The notes below the pieces were generated by a model. It saw only the letters and a list, made by a program, of their open reading frames with translations, was not told where the DNA came from and ran no database searches. From Schizochytrium sp. TIO01 (taxonomy: Eukaryota > Protista > Bigyra: Labyrinthulomycetes): DNA of 64,000 bases. A program made the position numbers and the translations under genes. The stretch is taken from contig SMSO01000037.1 in assembly GCA_004764695.1 (NCBI GenBank), positions 410,747-474,746 of the forward strand. Direction: 5' to 3'. Positions 38,870 through 51,610 of the stretch are shown here, piece after piece; within the stretch, counting starts at the first letter, position 1, and the number at the start of each line of letters is the position of its first letter.

Positions 38870-40250
38870 TCCCCATGTTCCCTCATATTCCTGAGGCTGT
38901 CTCGCTGGTCCTGGAGTTGATAGGATGTGGCGCGGATGTGGGGCTTGGCGAGAACTGTTCTCGAAGGTTGGTGACGAGAAGAATTTGAAGCCTTCTGATT
39001 TGGGTAATTAGGTTGAGAGGATTCTATACGTGTGAGTCTGGGGTTATTATGGTGATATGTAGGAACTTGTATGCGTTGATGGAGAGCAAATTGTGGAAGG
39101 AGGGAAAAGACAACTTTGAGAATGGGCACTTTTGTACTTTTGAAGTTCTTTTGGTCTGCTTCAAGATTAGATCTGAAATAAATATACAAAAGACAGTCAG
39201 AACGATGCGTGAGACTTGAGACCTTCATCTTCATTATCTCGATGGCAGAAGAAAGCAGAAGAGGCCCTCTCGACGATCAATCTAGAACAAACCTTCGTTG
39301 TTGAAACCCGCCAGAAGAGAAAAACAGGAACGTAAAAAGAAAAGTAAAAACACAAAAGAGCGAAAAGAAAACTTGATCGAAGAAGAAAGGCTTTTCTTTT
39401 CCTGCGCCCTATTACCATCCTTTCACCAATACAAGAAGTGTCGCCTATCTAACAATACCCCTGCCATTCTGAGGGCCCTCGTATGAGTTCCTGCCGCGCA
39501 AGTTAACTTATGGGCGCCCTCCTCACAAGGCGCTCCAGTGGGGCTGTGAGGGGAAAGTTGGCCCCAGTGGAGAACTTCTCGCGAAGAACAGAGTGCCTCG
39601 TCGCGTTCTCGCTGAGCACAGACGCCGCCGTTCTCGCGCTTCGGAGCCCGAGCGGCGCCTTCGACCTTTATGCGCGTGCCTGCGGCGGTGTCGGCTCCGT
39701 CTTTGCCGCTGATTTGGCGGCGGCCCGGCGCCTCTGGATTGGCCTGAGCGCATAAATCCGCCGGGTTTTTGCTGCGGTCTCCGCATTCCTTCGAGATCGA
39801 TCGATCGATTGATTGATTGATTGATTCATTCGAATCCTTTTCAACACATTTTATTTTAACTGAGCATTTATTTTATGTTTGGCAAACTTAAGTTTGGAAC
39901 AGACTTAGAAAAAAGAACAAAGAAAGAAAGAAACGTATAAAAACATACTCTGAAGGAGATAATAATAATATGGACTAAAAGGCGGAAATGCAGTTCGCTC
40001 GAAATTTGCAGAAATCGAGGAACCGGAGCTGAGGTTCAATCAGTTCGAGGAGGCCAAAGTAAGCTCAGGCCGGTGCGCGATTGTTTCGTGGACTTCGTTG
40101 CGATGTGCGTGCACATGGCCCGCGGAAGATTTCGTCGGCCGAGCGTCGTCTTGAGAAGCAGATAGCTTCGAATTCACTTGAGTCTGTCTGGAGTTCACAG
40201 AGGTCATTCGCTCGTTCTTTCGCGTTTCTGTTCAAAGTCAATGCGACAAC
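38870..40250 (+). mobile_element. Fossil Ty1/copia RT-RNase H remnant
   Basis: AVSLVLELIGCGADV, VICRNLYALMESKLWKE, LHYLDG, LAPVENFSRRTECLVAFSLSTDAAVL, RLEKQIASNSLESVWSS. Confidence 0.6.
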
Positions 40251-40269
40251 AAAGGAACAGAGATAGAGA

Positions 40270-40312
40270 AACAGATTGAAACAAATTGAAACAGATTGAA
40301 ACAGATTGAAAG
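40270..40312 (+). repeat. 10-bp tandem repeat AACAGATTGA x4
   Basis: Direct reading, one mismatch. Confidence 0.85.
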
Positions 40313-40899
40313 AAACAAAGATAGTCATCCATCGATCGATCGATCGATTGATCGCCAATCAAGCCAAGCCAAGTCAAGCCACGCTAAGCCACGCCACGAG
40401 CGGCCACGGCGACTGTCCTTCTAGGCGCAGACCGCCTTGAAGGCCGTCCTCTGGTGCCTGGCAGCCAGCTAGCCTAGCAGGCCTCGGCAGAAAGAAGGCG
40501 ACGAAGAGCGCAGGCGACGAAGAACTACAGAGATCGCATCACATCGTGGACGGATTTGCTCGCCTAAGAGTGTCTACCTAATCTATAGGGATATGTAGAC
40601 AGACAGGATCTGCATTACATTTTAAAAGGTTGTTTGTTCCATTTAATTACTATTGATAAAAAACATAAATAAATAAATAATATGTTTATTTATTTCGCTC
40701 GAAAACATAGTTTCTCATACATTGTTGTTGTCTTTAAAGCGAGTAAAAGAACAGCAATCGTAATAAATGAAAGTAAGAAAATCGCAGCAATCAGTCAAAG
40801 GAGAACGTGCGGAGGCTCAACTCGGCGGAGAGTGAGTGAGAGAGAGAGAGAGAGAGTAAGAACGTACGAGCGATTGCCGATGATGGAACAGCAAAACTC

Positions 40900-41100
40900 A
40901 GGTCGCAGAGGCTTGTTTGTTCGAGGATCGAGAGAAAGCGAGAAGAAAGAAAGGAAACCAAGAAGCCGTGCAAAATGTGGCAGCCGCAGGTTTTTCATGA
41001 TGTTTCTTTTGTCATTTGTTGAAAAAGAATGGTTTAAATAAAATCGATAAATCTGTTTACTGTTTAAAGCGGAAACAAACATGCATACATTTAGGCCTTC
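40900..41100 (+). mobile_element. Fossil copia RT N-terminal fragment about 1 kb upstream of Hsp70
   Basis: RGLFVRGSRE....RSRAKCGSRRFFMMFLLSFVEKEWFK resembles kaRLvarG..q....Sp....s.r.ll..a....w. Confidence 0.4.
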
Positions 41101-41619
41101 TTTGGGCACGGAATGAATGAAAGAAACAGAGTAAATGCGACTGCTTCAAAGGCGGCTCAGCTCAAGAAAGAGAAAAGAGCTCTCTCTCTAGTCAGCTCCA
41201 TGATCCATGAAGCGGCAGGAGCTGTTCGTTGTTGCGTGTATCTTCGTGGCGAATGAAAATGAGGCGCGAGAAGGAGACGCAAGGCAGAGGCTCCGGAAGC
41301 GGAAGACTCAGTCAGGCCGAGGAGGAGAAACAAGAAGAAGCCGCAGCGCTGCGGAGAAAGGGCGCTGTTTCTTTCCTGCCTGGGCTTTGGCTGCGTGCGG
41401 AAAGTTGATTTTGCGGCAGAGAAGAAAGAAAAGGCACAGCCTGAGCAGAGCAGTAGGGGATTGCTATAGAGAACGCTAGGAGGGAGAAAGAAGGAAAGAA
41501 AGAAAGAAAACAAAAGATGTCTGTCTGTCTGTCTGTCTGCGTTTCAATATGGCGACGAGGAGGATATTTTGAAATTGAAAGGGAATATGAGGGGCGTAAA
41601 AAGAAATCGTAGCTCAGAC

Positions 41620-42062
<443 letters not shown>

Positions 42063-42130
42063 TCGAAAGCAGCAAATCCCTTTCTCTCGTTTCTTCTCTC
42101 AACTCCAACTCCGTGCCTCCCCTCGCGACC

Positions 42131-44176
42131 ATGATGTTGGGCAACGTGATGCGCCGTCAGGCGCTTAAGACCTCCTCCTCTCGCGGTCTCCATGGCGTGA
42201 GCAAGCGTGTCTCCCAGCTGGAGTCCGCCAGCTCCCTGCCCGCGACCTCGTCCATGTGGCACATGCCGCAGCGTGGCTTTGCCGGCAAGGTCACCGGCGA
42301 TGTCATCGGTATCGATCTTGGTACCACCAACTCCTGTGTTGCCGTCATGGACGGTAAGAACGCCCGCGTGATCGAGAACTCTGAGGGTTCCCGCACCACC
42401 CCCTCCATCGTTGCCATCCTCGATGACGGCGAGGAGCTCGTCGGTATGCCCGCCAAGCGCCAGGCCGTCACCAACCCTGAGAACACCTTCTACGCCACCA
42501 AGCGTCTCATCGGCCAGAACTTCGACTCTCCTGAGGTCCAGAAGGTCATCGGCATGGTCCCCTACAAGATCATCAAGGCTAAGAACGGCGACGCCTGGGT
42601 TGCCGGCAGCTCTGGCAAGGACTACTCTCCTTCCCAGATTGGCTCCAAGGTGCTCAACAAGATGAAGGAGACCGCCTCTGCCTTCCTCGGAACCCAGCCC
42701 AAGCAGGCCGTCATCACCGTGCCCGCTTACTTCAACGACTCCCAGCGTCAGGCTACCAAGGATGCCGGTAAGATCGCTGGTCTCGACGTGCTCCGTATCA
42801 TCAACGAGCCCACCGCCGCTGCTCTTGCCTACGGCTGTGACAAGTCTGACGATGCTCTCATCGCTGTGTACGATCTTGGTGGTGGTACCTTTGATGTGTC
42901 CATTCTTGAGATCTCTGGTGGTGTCTTTGAGGTCAAGGCCACCAACGGTGACACCGTTCTCGGTGGTGAGGACTTCGATGAGGCCCTCATGAAGCACATC
43001 AGCGACGCCTTCAAGAAGGAGACCGGCATTGACCTCAGCTCCGACAGTCTTGCCACCCAGCGTCTCCGTGAGGCCGCCGAGAAGGCCAAGCGTGAGCTCG
43101 ATGCCCTCAAGCAGACCGATGTCAACCTTCCCTTCATCACCGCCGATGCTTCTGGCCCCAAGCACTTGAACGTGAAGATCACCCGTTCCCAGTTCGAGAA
43201 CCTCGTCGCCAACCTCATTGACCGCACCGTCAGCCCGTGCAAGAAGGCCATGAGCGATGCCGGCATCTCCACCAACGAGCTCGATGAGGTCATCCTTGTC
43301 GGTGGCATGAGCCGCATGCCCAAGGTCCAGGAGACCGTCGAGAAGGTCTTCTCCAAGGCCCCCTCCAAGAACGTCAACCCCGATGAGGTTGTCGCTCTCG
43401 GTGCCGCCATCCAGGGAGGTGTTCTCCGTGGTGACGTCAAGGACATTCTCCTTCTCGATGTGACCCCCCTCTCCCTCGGTATTGAGACCCTCGGCGGTGT
43501 CTTCACTCGCCTCATCAACCGTAACACCACCATCCCCACCAAGAAGTCCCAGACCTTCTCCACCGCTGCCGACAACCAGTCCCAGGTCAGCATCAAGGTC
43601 CTCCAGGGTGAGCGTGAGATGGCTGTTGACAACAAGCTCCTCGGAAACTTCGAGCTCGTCGGCATCCCCCCTGCCCCCCGCGGTATCCCCCAGATTGAGG
43701 TCACCTTCGACATTGACGCCAACGGTATCTGCAACGTTTCCGCCAAGGACAAGGCCACCGGCAAGGAGCAGCAGATCACCATCCAGAGTTCTGGTGGTCT
43801 CTCCGACTCCGAGATCGAGCAGATGGTCAAGGACGCTGAGGCCAACGCATCCGCCGATAAGGAGCGCAAGGAAATCATTGACATCACCAACGACGCTGAC
43901 GCTCTTGCCTACTCCACCGAGAAGACTGTTTCCGAGCACGCCGACAAGCTCTCTGCTGAGGACAAGAAGGCCGTTGAGGATGCCATCAAGGAGATGCGCG
44001 CCGCTCTTGACGCCGACCCCAAGGTTCTCGATGACCTCCGTGCCAAGAAGGACGCTCTCCAGCAGGCTTCCATGAAGATTGGCTCTGCCATCTACGGCCA
44101 GGGCAACGCCGGTGGCGCCAAGGCTGACAACAAGGAGGACGTCAAGGACGCCGACTTCGAGGAGAAGAAGAAGTAA
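42131..44176 (+). CDS. HSPA9: Mitochondrial Hsp70 (mortalin/Ssc1/DnaK-type), 681 aa, intronless
   Basis: [40 protein letters not shown] and [10 protein letters not shown] Hsp70 motifs; mitochondrial-type signatures GDAWV and YSPSQIG; R/S-rich, nearly acid-free N-terminal presequence; no C-terminal EEVD/KDEL. First ATG is at 42131 (the ORF track starts at an upstream GTG). Confidence 0.97.
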   Translation: MMLGNVMRRQALKTSSSRGLHGVSKRVSQLESASSLPATSSMWHMPQRGFAGKVTGDVIGIDLGTTNSCVAVMDGKNARVIENSEGSRTTPSIVAILDDGEELVGMPAKRQAVTNPENTFYATKRLIGQNFDSPEVQKVIGMVPYKIIKAKNGDAWVAGSSGKDYSPSQIGSKVLNKMKETASAFLGTQPKQAVITVPAYFNDSQRQATKDAGKIAGLDVLRIINEPTAAALAYGCDKSDDALIAVYDLGGGTFDVSILEISGGVFEVKATNGDTVLGGEDFDEALMKHISDAFKKETGIDLSSDSLATQRLREAAEKAKRELDALKQTDVNLPFITADASGPKHLNVKITRSQFENLVANLIDRTVSPCKKAMSDAGISTNELDEVILVGGMSRMPKVQETVEKVFSKAPSKNVNPDEVVALGAAIQGGVLRGDVKDILLLDVTPLSLGIETLGGVFTRLINRNTTIPTKKSQTFSTAADNQSQVSIKVLQGEREMAVDNKLLGNFELVGIPPAPRGIPQIEVTFDIDANGICNVSAKDKATGKEQQITIQSSGGLSDSEIEQMVKDAEANASADKERKEIIDITNDADALAYSTEKTVSEHADKLSAEDKKAVEDAIKEMRAALDADPKVLDDLRAKKDALQQASMKIGSAIYGQGNAGGAKADNKEDVKDADFEEKKK

Positions 44177-44849
44177 ATACGCAATGCATAGCATAGCATA
44201 GCACCACCCCCTTTCTTTCCTTTTCAGACATACATTAACTAAACACAACACCCACCACAGTATACGTACCAACGATTCTCGAAAGAGCTTTAGTGAATTA
44301 ATTGATTTCAAGAGCCGCCATTTTCTGCGTTGCTTTTGTCTGTCTCCTTATCTACCTAAGTCATATTCTCTTTCGTTTTTTATAATACACACTGACATCA
44401 TCACCTATTACCTCCTGCATGTCTGTAGTCCAATGTATGTATACTTCTTTTCTATCTTACGTCCCGTCATAGATTTCACTTAGATTCACATTACAACAAA
44501 TTACCTTCGTTTTCTATTCTTTTCTCTTTCATGTCACACAAAATCTCCAAGAAATGATTGAACTTTATCTGGCTCTCAGTAGAAAGCGACTTCTAGACTC
44601 ACAGGCTATTCATAATAGCGAAGCCAAAATAAGAAAACTCCTTCGGATATTGGTGGCAGATTGAACAGGGTCGTCTACACGAATTTCTCCGCACGATAAG
44701 TACTGTGTTTTTATTTCAGACCAAGTTGTACCACCGTGACTGAAAATCCAAAATTTAAATGTAAGCCAACACAGTTTTTATGATCTAAATAGATTTAGGG
44801 TGAGATTTTCGGAACAGCGAATCTTTCACATACAGTGAAACCAAAACAC

Positions 44850-45341
44850 TAATTTTGAGGAAATCTATTGTGGCTTACTGTGTTGCCAATACTTTTATGC
44901 AAGTGGGGCGTGGCGCAAAAAGCCGTGGTGGTCTTCGATTTCCGAAGTGCAATATTAATATCAATAAACAAGCAACGAAACAAAGTAAAGACTCTATTGC
45001 TATCAGTAAGACCCAGGCTCAATGTAGCTTACGTTAACTTTAGATATGTCTAAAATCAACATATTTGCTTCCCTGCGTAACCCTGAATTTTATTCGGACT
45101 ACATTTCTCGGGAATAGCTGCAAAGGTATTCCTGCCAGGGACATGAGTGAGATATCTCTTTCTCAATCATATGTGTACATGTGAATCTAGCGGGTGGCTC
45201 GGTTTGAATTGTGAAACCAAATGTGAGGTTTCATCGGAGCGCGGCTACTATACAAAAGAGGGTGTAACTTGCAACTTTCCTTACTATGGCAATCTATGCG
45301 AATGTGTTAGTTCTTGGAGCAACCCAAATTGTACTACCTAA
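44850..45341 (+). pseudogene. Decayed EGF-like (tenascin-type Cys) repeat gene fragment
   Basis: CTCESSGWLGLNCETKC...TCNFPYYGNLCECVSSWSNPNC spacing at 45170-45338; broken Cys/Gly motifs upstream (FLGNSCKG). Confidence 0.55.
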
Positions 45342-45589
45342 TTCAATATACGATAGTTTATGTTCCCTTTTATTTATTTATTTATGTATTGATTGATTTC
45401 TTCTTTGAATAGAAAACCAAGTACCACTTCCAGCACCATGAAGATACCGTGGTTGAGAAACCGTGAACGGATTAGAAAGATAATTTATTACAATGCAAAT
45501 CACATAACTTACCTGCGAAACAAATTCGCTGAATATACCATAGACAAGACTGATAGAAAAAAAAAAAAAAGAATCTAAGCGACTTCAAG

Positions 45590-46904
45590 TTGATACACAT
45601 CAACGCGATTACTTTTGCAAACAATTGTTACCCTGACGTAATACTTGCTCGTAAGGCGGACTCGCGCTTTCTGGGTCGACTGACTCCTGAGCATCTTAGA
45701 GCCATGTGCCAAACCATTGATAACTACCTACCTCGAAGCTACGCCAAATATTTCAGCCCACGAAAGGGAAATGGCCGAATCAGCTAAGTTGGAGTTCACA
45801 AATCGCATTAGAACAGATGTGGCTCTCGTATACATGCTTTCCAATCGCATGTATCAGACACAAGTCCATGCTTGTGGAAACACCCTCCACAACATATCAT
45901 CTTACTTACCACCAGGGGCAGTTGTGCCTTCTTAACTTGTTCATTGGATGAATTTTCGTGTTGAAATAAATAACGATTTTACTAAGAATCGAATTAAACA
46001 CCATGGCATCACTGCTCCTGCTATATACAATTTTAAAGCTAGTTAATTTGAGACGAACTGTACGGAACGACAAGCTGATATGTTTTTTGCAACTCATTCT
46101 GGTTTGAATTTGCTCGCAACTGTAGCTCTCCGGGATTATTTTGGTGCATCGTTGAGCACTCCGAACGCCAGCTTTTTGGTTTAACATCCACGGACAAACG
46201 CCCTGCTCTATGCAGACTTGGAGGTACCTTTGGATGAAGAGGTTCTTGTTGTCTTCGAGATCAAGGCTCCCGATGGCATGCAGTCCCAGCACATGCGTCG
46301 CGAAAATAATACTCATGGAAACCTACTCAGAGGGTACTATGGTGACAACTACAATGCAACTGTTTCCACGGGGAATCCCAATGTGAACATTCCTGTGAAC
46401 ATCACAGTAGCACAGCTTAATGGTCCAATCAAAGGCCAACGTTCATGTTCAAGGGCCTGATGGGAAAGCATACATTGTGAATAGTGTACACCAAATCTGT
46501 CGTTACATGGTCGCATATGAACGCAAATGTGCTGTTCTATCAACCAGTGAAATGACTTGGTTGTTAAAAATGAAGCCAGATGGTCGCCTGTTTATAAGTC
46601 CCAGACTGAATGGTTGCGGCGATGATGTTTCATTAGATTCCCCAACGGCGTTGCTCATGAGCTTTTTAACTTATGCTGCTATAGAGGCGCAAGCAGGAAA
46701 CAATGGACATCGTTTGGTGATTCAAGACAACACAAGATTCTTCGGATTTCTCGACCATTACTGGACAGCCAATACTAATGGCACTGACGAAATCGACATT
46801 CAAATGAATAAAGTACAAATTGTTCAGAATATGAAGGATGCGTGGCTTGCCATTCAACAGGTCCAACAGCAAGCAGCCAACAACAACAACAACAACAAGC
46901 AGCC

Positions 46905-46951
<47 letters not shown>

Positions 46952-47755
46952 CGGAGGGGGTGGTGCTCCAGGTGGAAATGGACAACGTCCAAGAAACGGT
47001 GGTCAATAACCACCGCCACCTGCCCCAGGTGCAGGAGCTGGTGGGGCAGGGAATGGAGACGGGATTCACAACAACGCCGCCCTAATCCCTGCGAACATCA
47101 TCAACAATTTGAAAAATTCGAATATTTCTGTCGATGAGAATATCCTCGCGAAAAAGAAGAATAGCGAAGATTCTTTGCGCCTCGCTGTGATAGGAATGCT
47201 TCCCCTGAAATATATTTGCATAGGCTTCCCATGGGAGCTTCACGAGACACATCCTAGTGCAGACTTCATCACACCGTCGATCAAAATGACTGTCAGTGGT
47301 ATTCCTCTCGTGCTGAAAATCCTCAATAAGGAACAAGGATTTGCCAAATCGTATTTTAATCGTGAAATGGAAATATATAGAAGCCTTCTGCGCAGTTTGC
47401 AAGGGTATGTACTCCCTACCTCTTTTACACCGGGGGCTTTTCCAACGATCGACAAATCATTGTGACTTCGCGCGAGGGGACACCTTTGGTCAATATGCCA
47501 AAAGCTGCGTTGCAGCAAGCGTTTATCCATGAGCAGATGCGTAAGACGCTTTCAACTCTGCACGATAATGGGATTACACAAAACAACATAAGCTTTGATG
47601 CTTTTCATATGGTTGTTGCGGGCGACAATGTTCGACTCTACCTAACTGACTTTGGATGTGCCAGTTGCAAGCAGGCGAAGGAATTTGAAGCCAAGCGCAA
47701 TAATGATATGCAGAACCTTGAATCAGGGATCAGAAGTACCATGGAGGATGAATGA
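45590..47755 (+). pseudogene. Disrupted PD-(D/E)xK restriction-endonuclease-like + protein kinase fusion (Crinkler-type REase-kinase)
   Basis: STPN...VVFEIKAP, VHQICRYMV...AVLSTSEMTWLLK (REase), N/G/P-rich linker, PLVLKIL...NREMEIYRSL..LQG.VLP, LSTLHDNGITQNNI, LYLTDFG (kinase). Frameshifts near 46435, in the (AAC)n tract and near 47420; in-frame TAA near 46180 and 47007. The 5' limit is uncertain. Confidence 0.75.
46878..46951 (+). repeat. (AAC)n microsatellite inside the kinase pseudogene linker
   Basis: Two AAC runs separated by GCAGCC; reading frame changes across it. Confidence 0.9.
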
Positions 47756-47845
47756 GCATAGTGCGAAAGTGAAAAAGACAAGAAAGAAAAACTCACTACA
47801 ATCCTAACAATGATAAAAACAACAATGATACTATTAACTGCTTTT

Positions 47846-48330
47846 TTATATGTAGACGCCCAAGGCGATCCTAATGTCCTTCAAGCGGATTGCCTGATCT
47901 TGAATAGCCTTCAAGCCTTCATAAGAACCTGCGCTTCTGCGAACTGCCGGGATTCGCAGACTGTCTGCTAGAATTTTAGGGAACCACTTGTGTGCTTGAA
48001 GGTGTACCCGAAGGTGGCACCTCTGAAGCTGTGCCTGACGACCAGCTTTTCTTACCAGGTGCAGGAGACCTACCAGTACTACTATATACCAATTTATCGT
48101 CCTCCTTGATCGGAGAATATCTTGGAATGTCCAACTCTGGTGCAATGGGGATATCCATGTCAACGTCGATATATGTATTAGTGCTAGTGTACTTTCCTGG
48201 ATTGTACTTTTGGTCAAGATAAGAATCTTCCAATAGATCTTCTGCCTCGGGTTGGAAATTATCCACACGCGTGTCCATTTCAACATGAGCCTTATTTGCT
48301 CGTAGCACCTGGGTGCTGATTTCCGCTGCT
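47846..48330 (-). pseudogene. Unknown frameshifted protein-coding remnant
   Basis: Protein-like composition in one frame (EDLLEDSYLDQKYNPGKY...PPSGTPSS) switching to another near 47990 (ILADSLRIPAV...IRIALGVYI); no family recognised. Confidence 0.35.
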
Positions 48331-48570
48331 CATTGATAAAAAAGAATGGATATAATTACGCTTTGAGCGATTAAGTCTCTTGAACGCCTCGTGAATCCTA
48401 GTTCTCGTCGCAAGGCTTTAGTATCGAGTTAGTTCAGGACTTGACCCGTAAGGATCTTTCACAGAGTATACTCTGCGAATTTCAAGTCCAAGTCTCACTA
48501 GGTAGGTAGGGTAGGTACATAGTCTATGATGGTATCTCGTCAGTGATAATATCCCCAACCACTCCCGCCG

Positions 48571-48728
48571 TCAGAGGCACCACCTTTAAATCTTCCAGCT
48601 CGGATAAAAACTCAAGTCAAAACAATTGCGAGATTGTTTTCCAACTTGATGCTCTCGCATCTACCAGAGGCAACCAAATCTTTGAATATGGGTAAAACCT
48701 CAAGTCAAAACAATCACATTTCCAACTC
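48571..48728 (+). repeat. Imperfect direct duplication of about 90 bp
   Basis: CAGAGGCA...AAATCTT...CTCAAGTCAAAACAAT (48611 and 48699)...TTTCCAACT occurs twice. Confidence 0.75.
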
Positions 48729-49685
48729 GAATTGACAGTGGCAAATAAATTATTTGGCTGTAAGTGGGTAACGCTAAATGTCGAATCAGATTTTATAAGT
48801 TTATCTGCATGAATGCTCCATTGTGAAGATTGGTCCCTTGCAGCATTTGGCTCTCAATTCGGTCCCCACAAACGTCGAGTTCAGGGATATGAACGTCTTC
48901 ATTTGTCTAGCTAGGTGTGCACTTCTCATAATTCGAATAATATAAATAAGTTTGAGAAAATTATGTGAAAGTATAAGAACTAGCAGTGAAAAGTAAGAAG
49001 GCACTTTTGAGTCAAGAATAATGTTTGCCTGTGGCTAGTAAAGGCCAATTTAAGAGGCCAACGTGAACCAATGAAGGACGCTAGCAGCAGTAGTATATTT
49101 TGTTGCAAAAGAATGGATGTGAATAATAGAAATAAATTCAAATTGTTCTTTTCTATAAGTAAGATGATAAGTAAAGGGTGCGTGTTCAGCTCTCTATAAA
49201 CAATCCCTCGAGGTGGTGTTCTTGTGTGTACATACATGAGGTATCAACACAACACCGAGGGAGGGGGGGGCGAGAGATGGGAAATATGATAACTTAAAGA
49301 ACGCAAGTTTGCCTCCACATCACAGCGGGAAATGTCATGAATAAACAGGACCCGAAACACTGTAAAATAAAAAGGCAAACTTGATGCGATCAACGAGAAG
49401 AAGTGGGTTCGTCGCACGCACATATGAAGAATGTATGTAATGAATGAATGGGTGAATGAATAAAAAAGAAGCGATGGAAACGGAGGTGACGCCGCAAACG
49501 TAGTAGTTGGCGAGCATTGTAAAAGAATAGTCATCGCTGCCAGATAGTGGCCGGGTTGGTTCTGATTAATTGGATATATATTCTTTGGCATGAAATGAGC
49601 GCGCAAAAGAAACGCTATATGTGAGAAACACGACGAAGGCGAGCCACGAGACAGCTGTCCAGATACATAAAAAAAAAAAAAGAGC

Positions 49686-50516
49686 TTACAAGTTGGACAT
49701 TCTCTTGGCCTCGATTTCCTCGCAGAGCTTCTCAGCATATCGGAGCTCAATAGCAGCTTGGGTGGCTGCGTTCATGTCATCACGGGCAAAGGCATCAGAG
49801 ATCTGGTGAGAGAACTCTGAAACATCGGCGCGAGCGCCTTCCTCGAGGCGGCTGAGCACCTCCGGAGAGTTGGTGGAGTGGAGCTCCTCACGCATCTCCA
49901 TGACCTTCATGAGAAGCTCAGGATCCACATTGGATGTGCCGCCCTCACTGAGAGCGTCAATGCCACGGCGCTCCAGCATGTAGACCGCACGGTTAAGGGG
50001 GCTCTTAAGAACCTTGTAGGCATTGTTAACACGAGACGAGTATTCAGCAGAGTGCTCCTGCTCCTTCTCGTGGCGGTAGCCAAAACGGTCTGGGTGAAGT
50101 TTCTTCTGAAGTGACCAGAACTGGCGTTCCAAGTTGTCCACATCAATGTCGAATGACTCAGGGAGCTTGAAGACCTCGAAGTGGGAGGCGTGTTCATCCG
50201 GGGCCTGGAGGTGATCGCAGAATCCGCAAAAGAGACCGCTGGCGGGGGTCATCTCACCGCATTTCCAGCACGGACGCTCACGTTCGTCTTCAATCGCGAC
50301 GTGGGAGGTCTTCACAGACAAGAATCCACGTGCAGAAACCGCTCTCCACGGAGCCTGACGGGTCCGCAAGAATGAGCTCTGCTGCTGTTGAACAGACATG
50401 GCAGAGGATTCTGCCAGGGATCTCGATGCCAGGCACCGCATTGCTGCAGTGCTCATGCCCCTCGACAGCCGCATCTTGTTGCTGGCCACAGCCACTTTTG
50501 AGCAAGCCGTTCGCAT
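49686..50516 (-). CDS. HSCB: Mitochondrial Fe-S cluster co-chaperone HscB/Jac1/HSC20 (J-domain protein), 276 aa
   Basis: Basic/hydroxylated presequence, CWKC...FCGFC tetracysteine module, J domain with LQKKLHPD, SSRVNNAYKVLKSPLNRAVYML, and C-terminal DPELLMKVMEMRE IscU-binding domain. Confidence 0.95.
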   Translation of the reverse strand: MRTACSKVAVASNKMRLSRGMSTAAMRCLASRSLAESSAMSVQQQQSSFLRTRQAPWRAVSARGFLSVKTSHVAIEDERERPCWKCGEMTPASGLFCGFCDHLQAPDEHASHFEVFKLPESFDIDVDNLERQFWSLQKKLHPDRFGYRHEKEQEHSAEYSSRVNNAYKVLKSPLNRAVYMLERRGIDALSEGGTSNVDPELLMKVMEMREELHSTNSPEVLSRLEEGARADVSEFSHQISDAFARDDMNAATQAAIELRYAEKLCEEIEAKRMSNL

Positions 50517-50929
50517 CCTCTTTTATTTAATTTATCAAGATCGGTCAACGCTCCTCGCCACGACGCTGCAGGCAAGTAGGCTAGCTAGCTTCCTGTAGAT
50601 CTCCACGCAAGAACACGCTCGGGCCTTGTGGATGCCACGCGGTTGATCGCTTTCACTGACGGTCTCCAACGAAGTGATTCGGGTCTGCTTCGACTTCTGT
50701 CTTGTTGAATGATTGATTGACTGACTGATCGATCGATCGATCGATCGATCGATCGATTCAATGAGTGAGTGAATGAAATGATTGTTTAAATGAATGAATT
50801 TGAATTTCTTTTCTTTCTTTTTCAATTTCTTCTTTCTTCTGAAAATGCCTTTGTTTTCAAAACCCTCTAGTACTCCCAATGACTCACCGACCACTTCTCT
50901 TCTCCTTGCTTTTCTTCCAACCTCGCCCC

Positions 50930-51571
50930 TCTCCAACGCTCCTCTTTTTCTCCCACAGTGCCTCTGGCTTTAAACAGTCTCCATAAATGAATAACACCTG
51001 GAGTCCCCTCCTGTCCACTGCCACCTCCCCCTCTGCTTGCTGCGGGAATGAATGTGATGGAGGAGGAGGAGAAGGTTCTCGCCTTGGCGGGCTTTATTCT
51101 TTTCTTTCTTGCAAAGTAATAATAATAATAATCATCATCAAATAATAATACATTTATATATATCCATATGCAAATCGAAAGGAATTGTACCCATTGCAAA
51201 AAGAAAAACAGCAAAAACAGCTAAAAGAATCTGTTTTTCTTTTCTTTCTCGTGCTTTTCTGCCCTGTTCTGCGACTGAGCAACAAGCAGAGCGAGCGAGC
51301 CCTCCCTGTGAATCAGACAGATAGACAGCTAGCTAGCCAGCTGCCAGCTATCTGGCCTGTTTCGCGCGGCCCTCTGCGGCTCGAGCCGCCTCTTCTCCGA
51401 ATTCGCTCTGTTTCAAGGCCCCAATTCCGCCCACTTCGTTGGAATGATGCAGCCAAAACCCAAGAATAACAAAGAAAGAACACGCACAATAGGGAGTAGG
51501 GAGGTACTACTCGCCACATAGGCGGGTCTTACCGTCTGCTTCCTAGCCCTTATAGCAGTAAGCTGTCCTTC

Positions 51572-51610
<39 letters not shown>

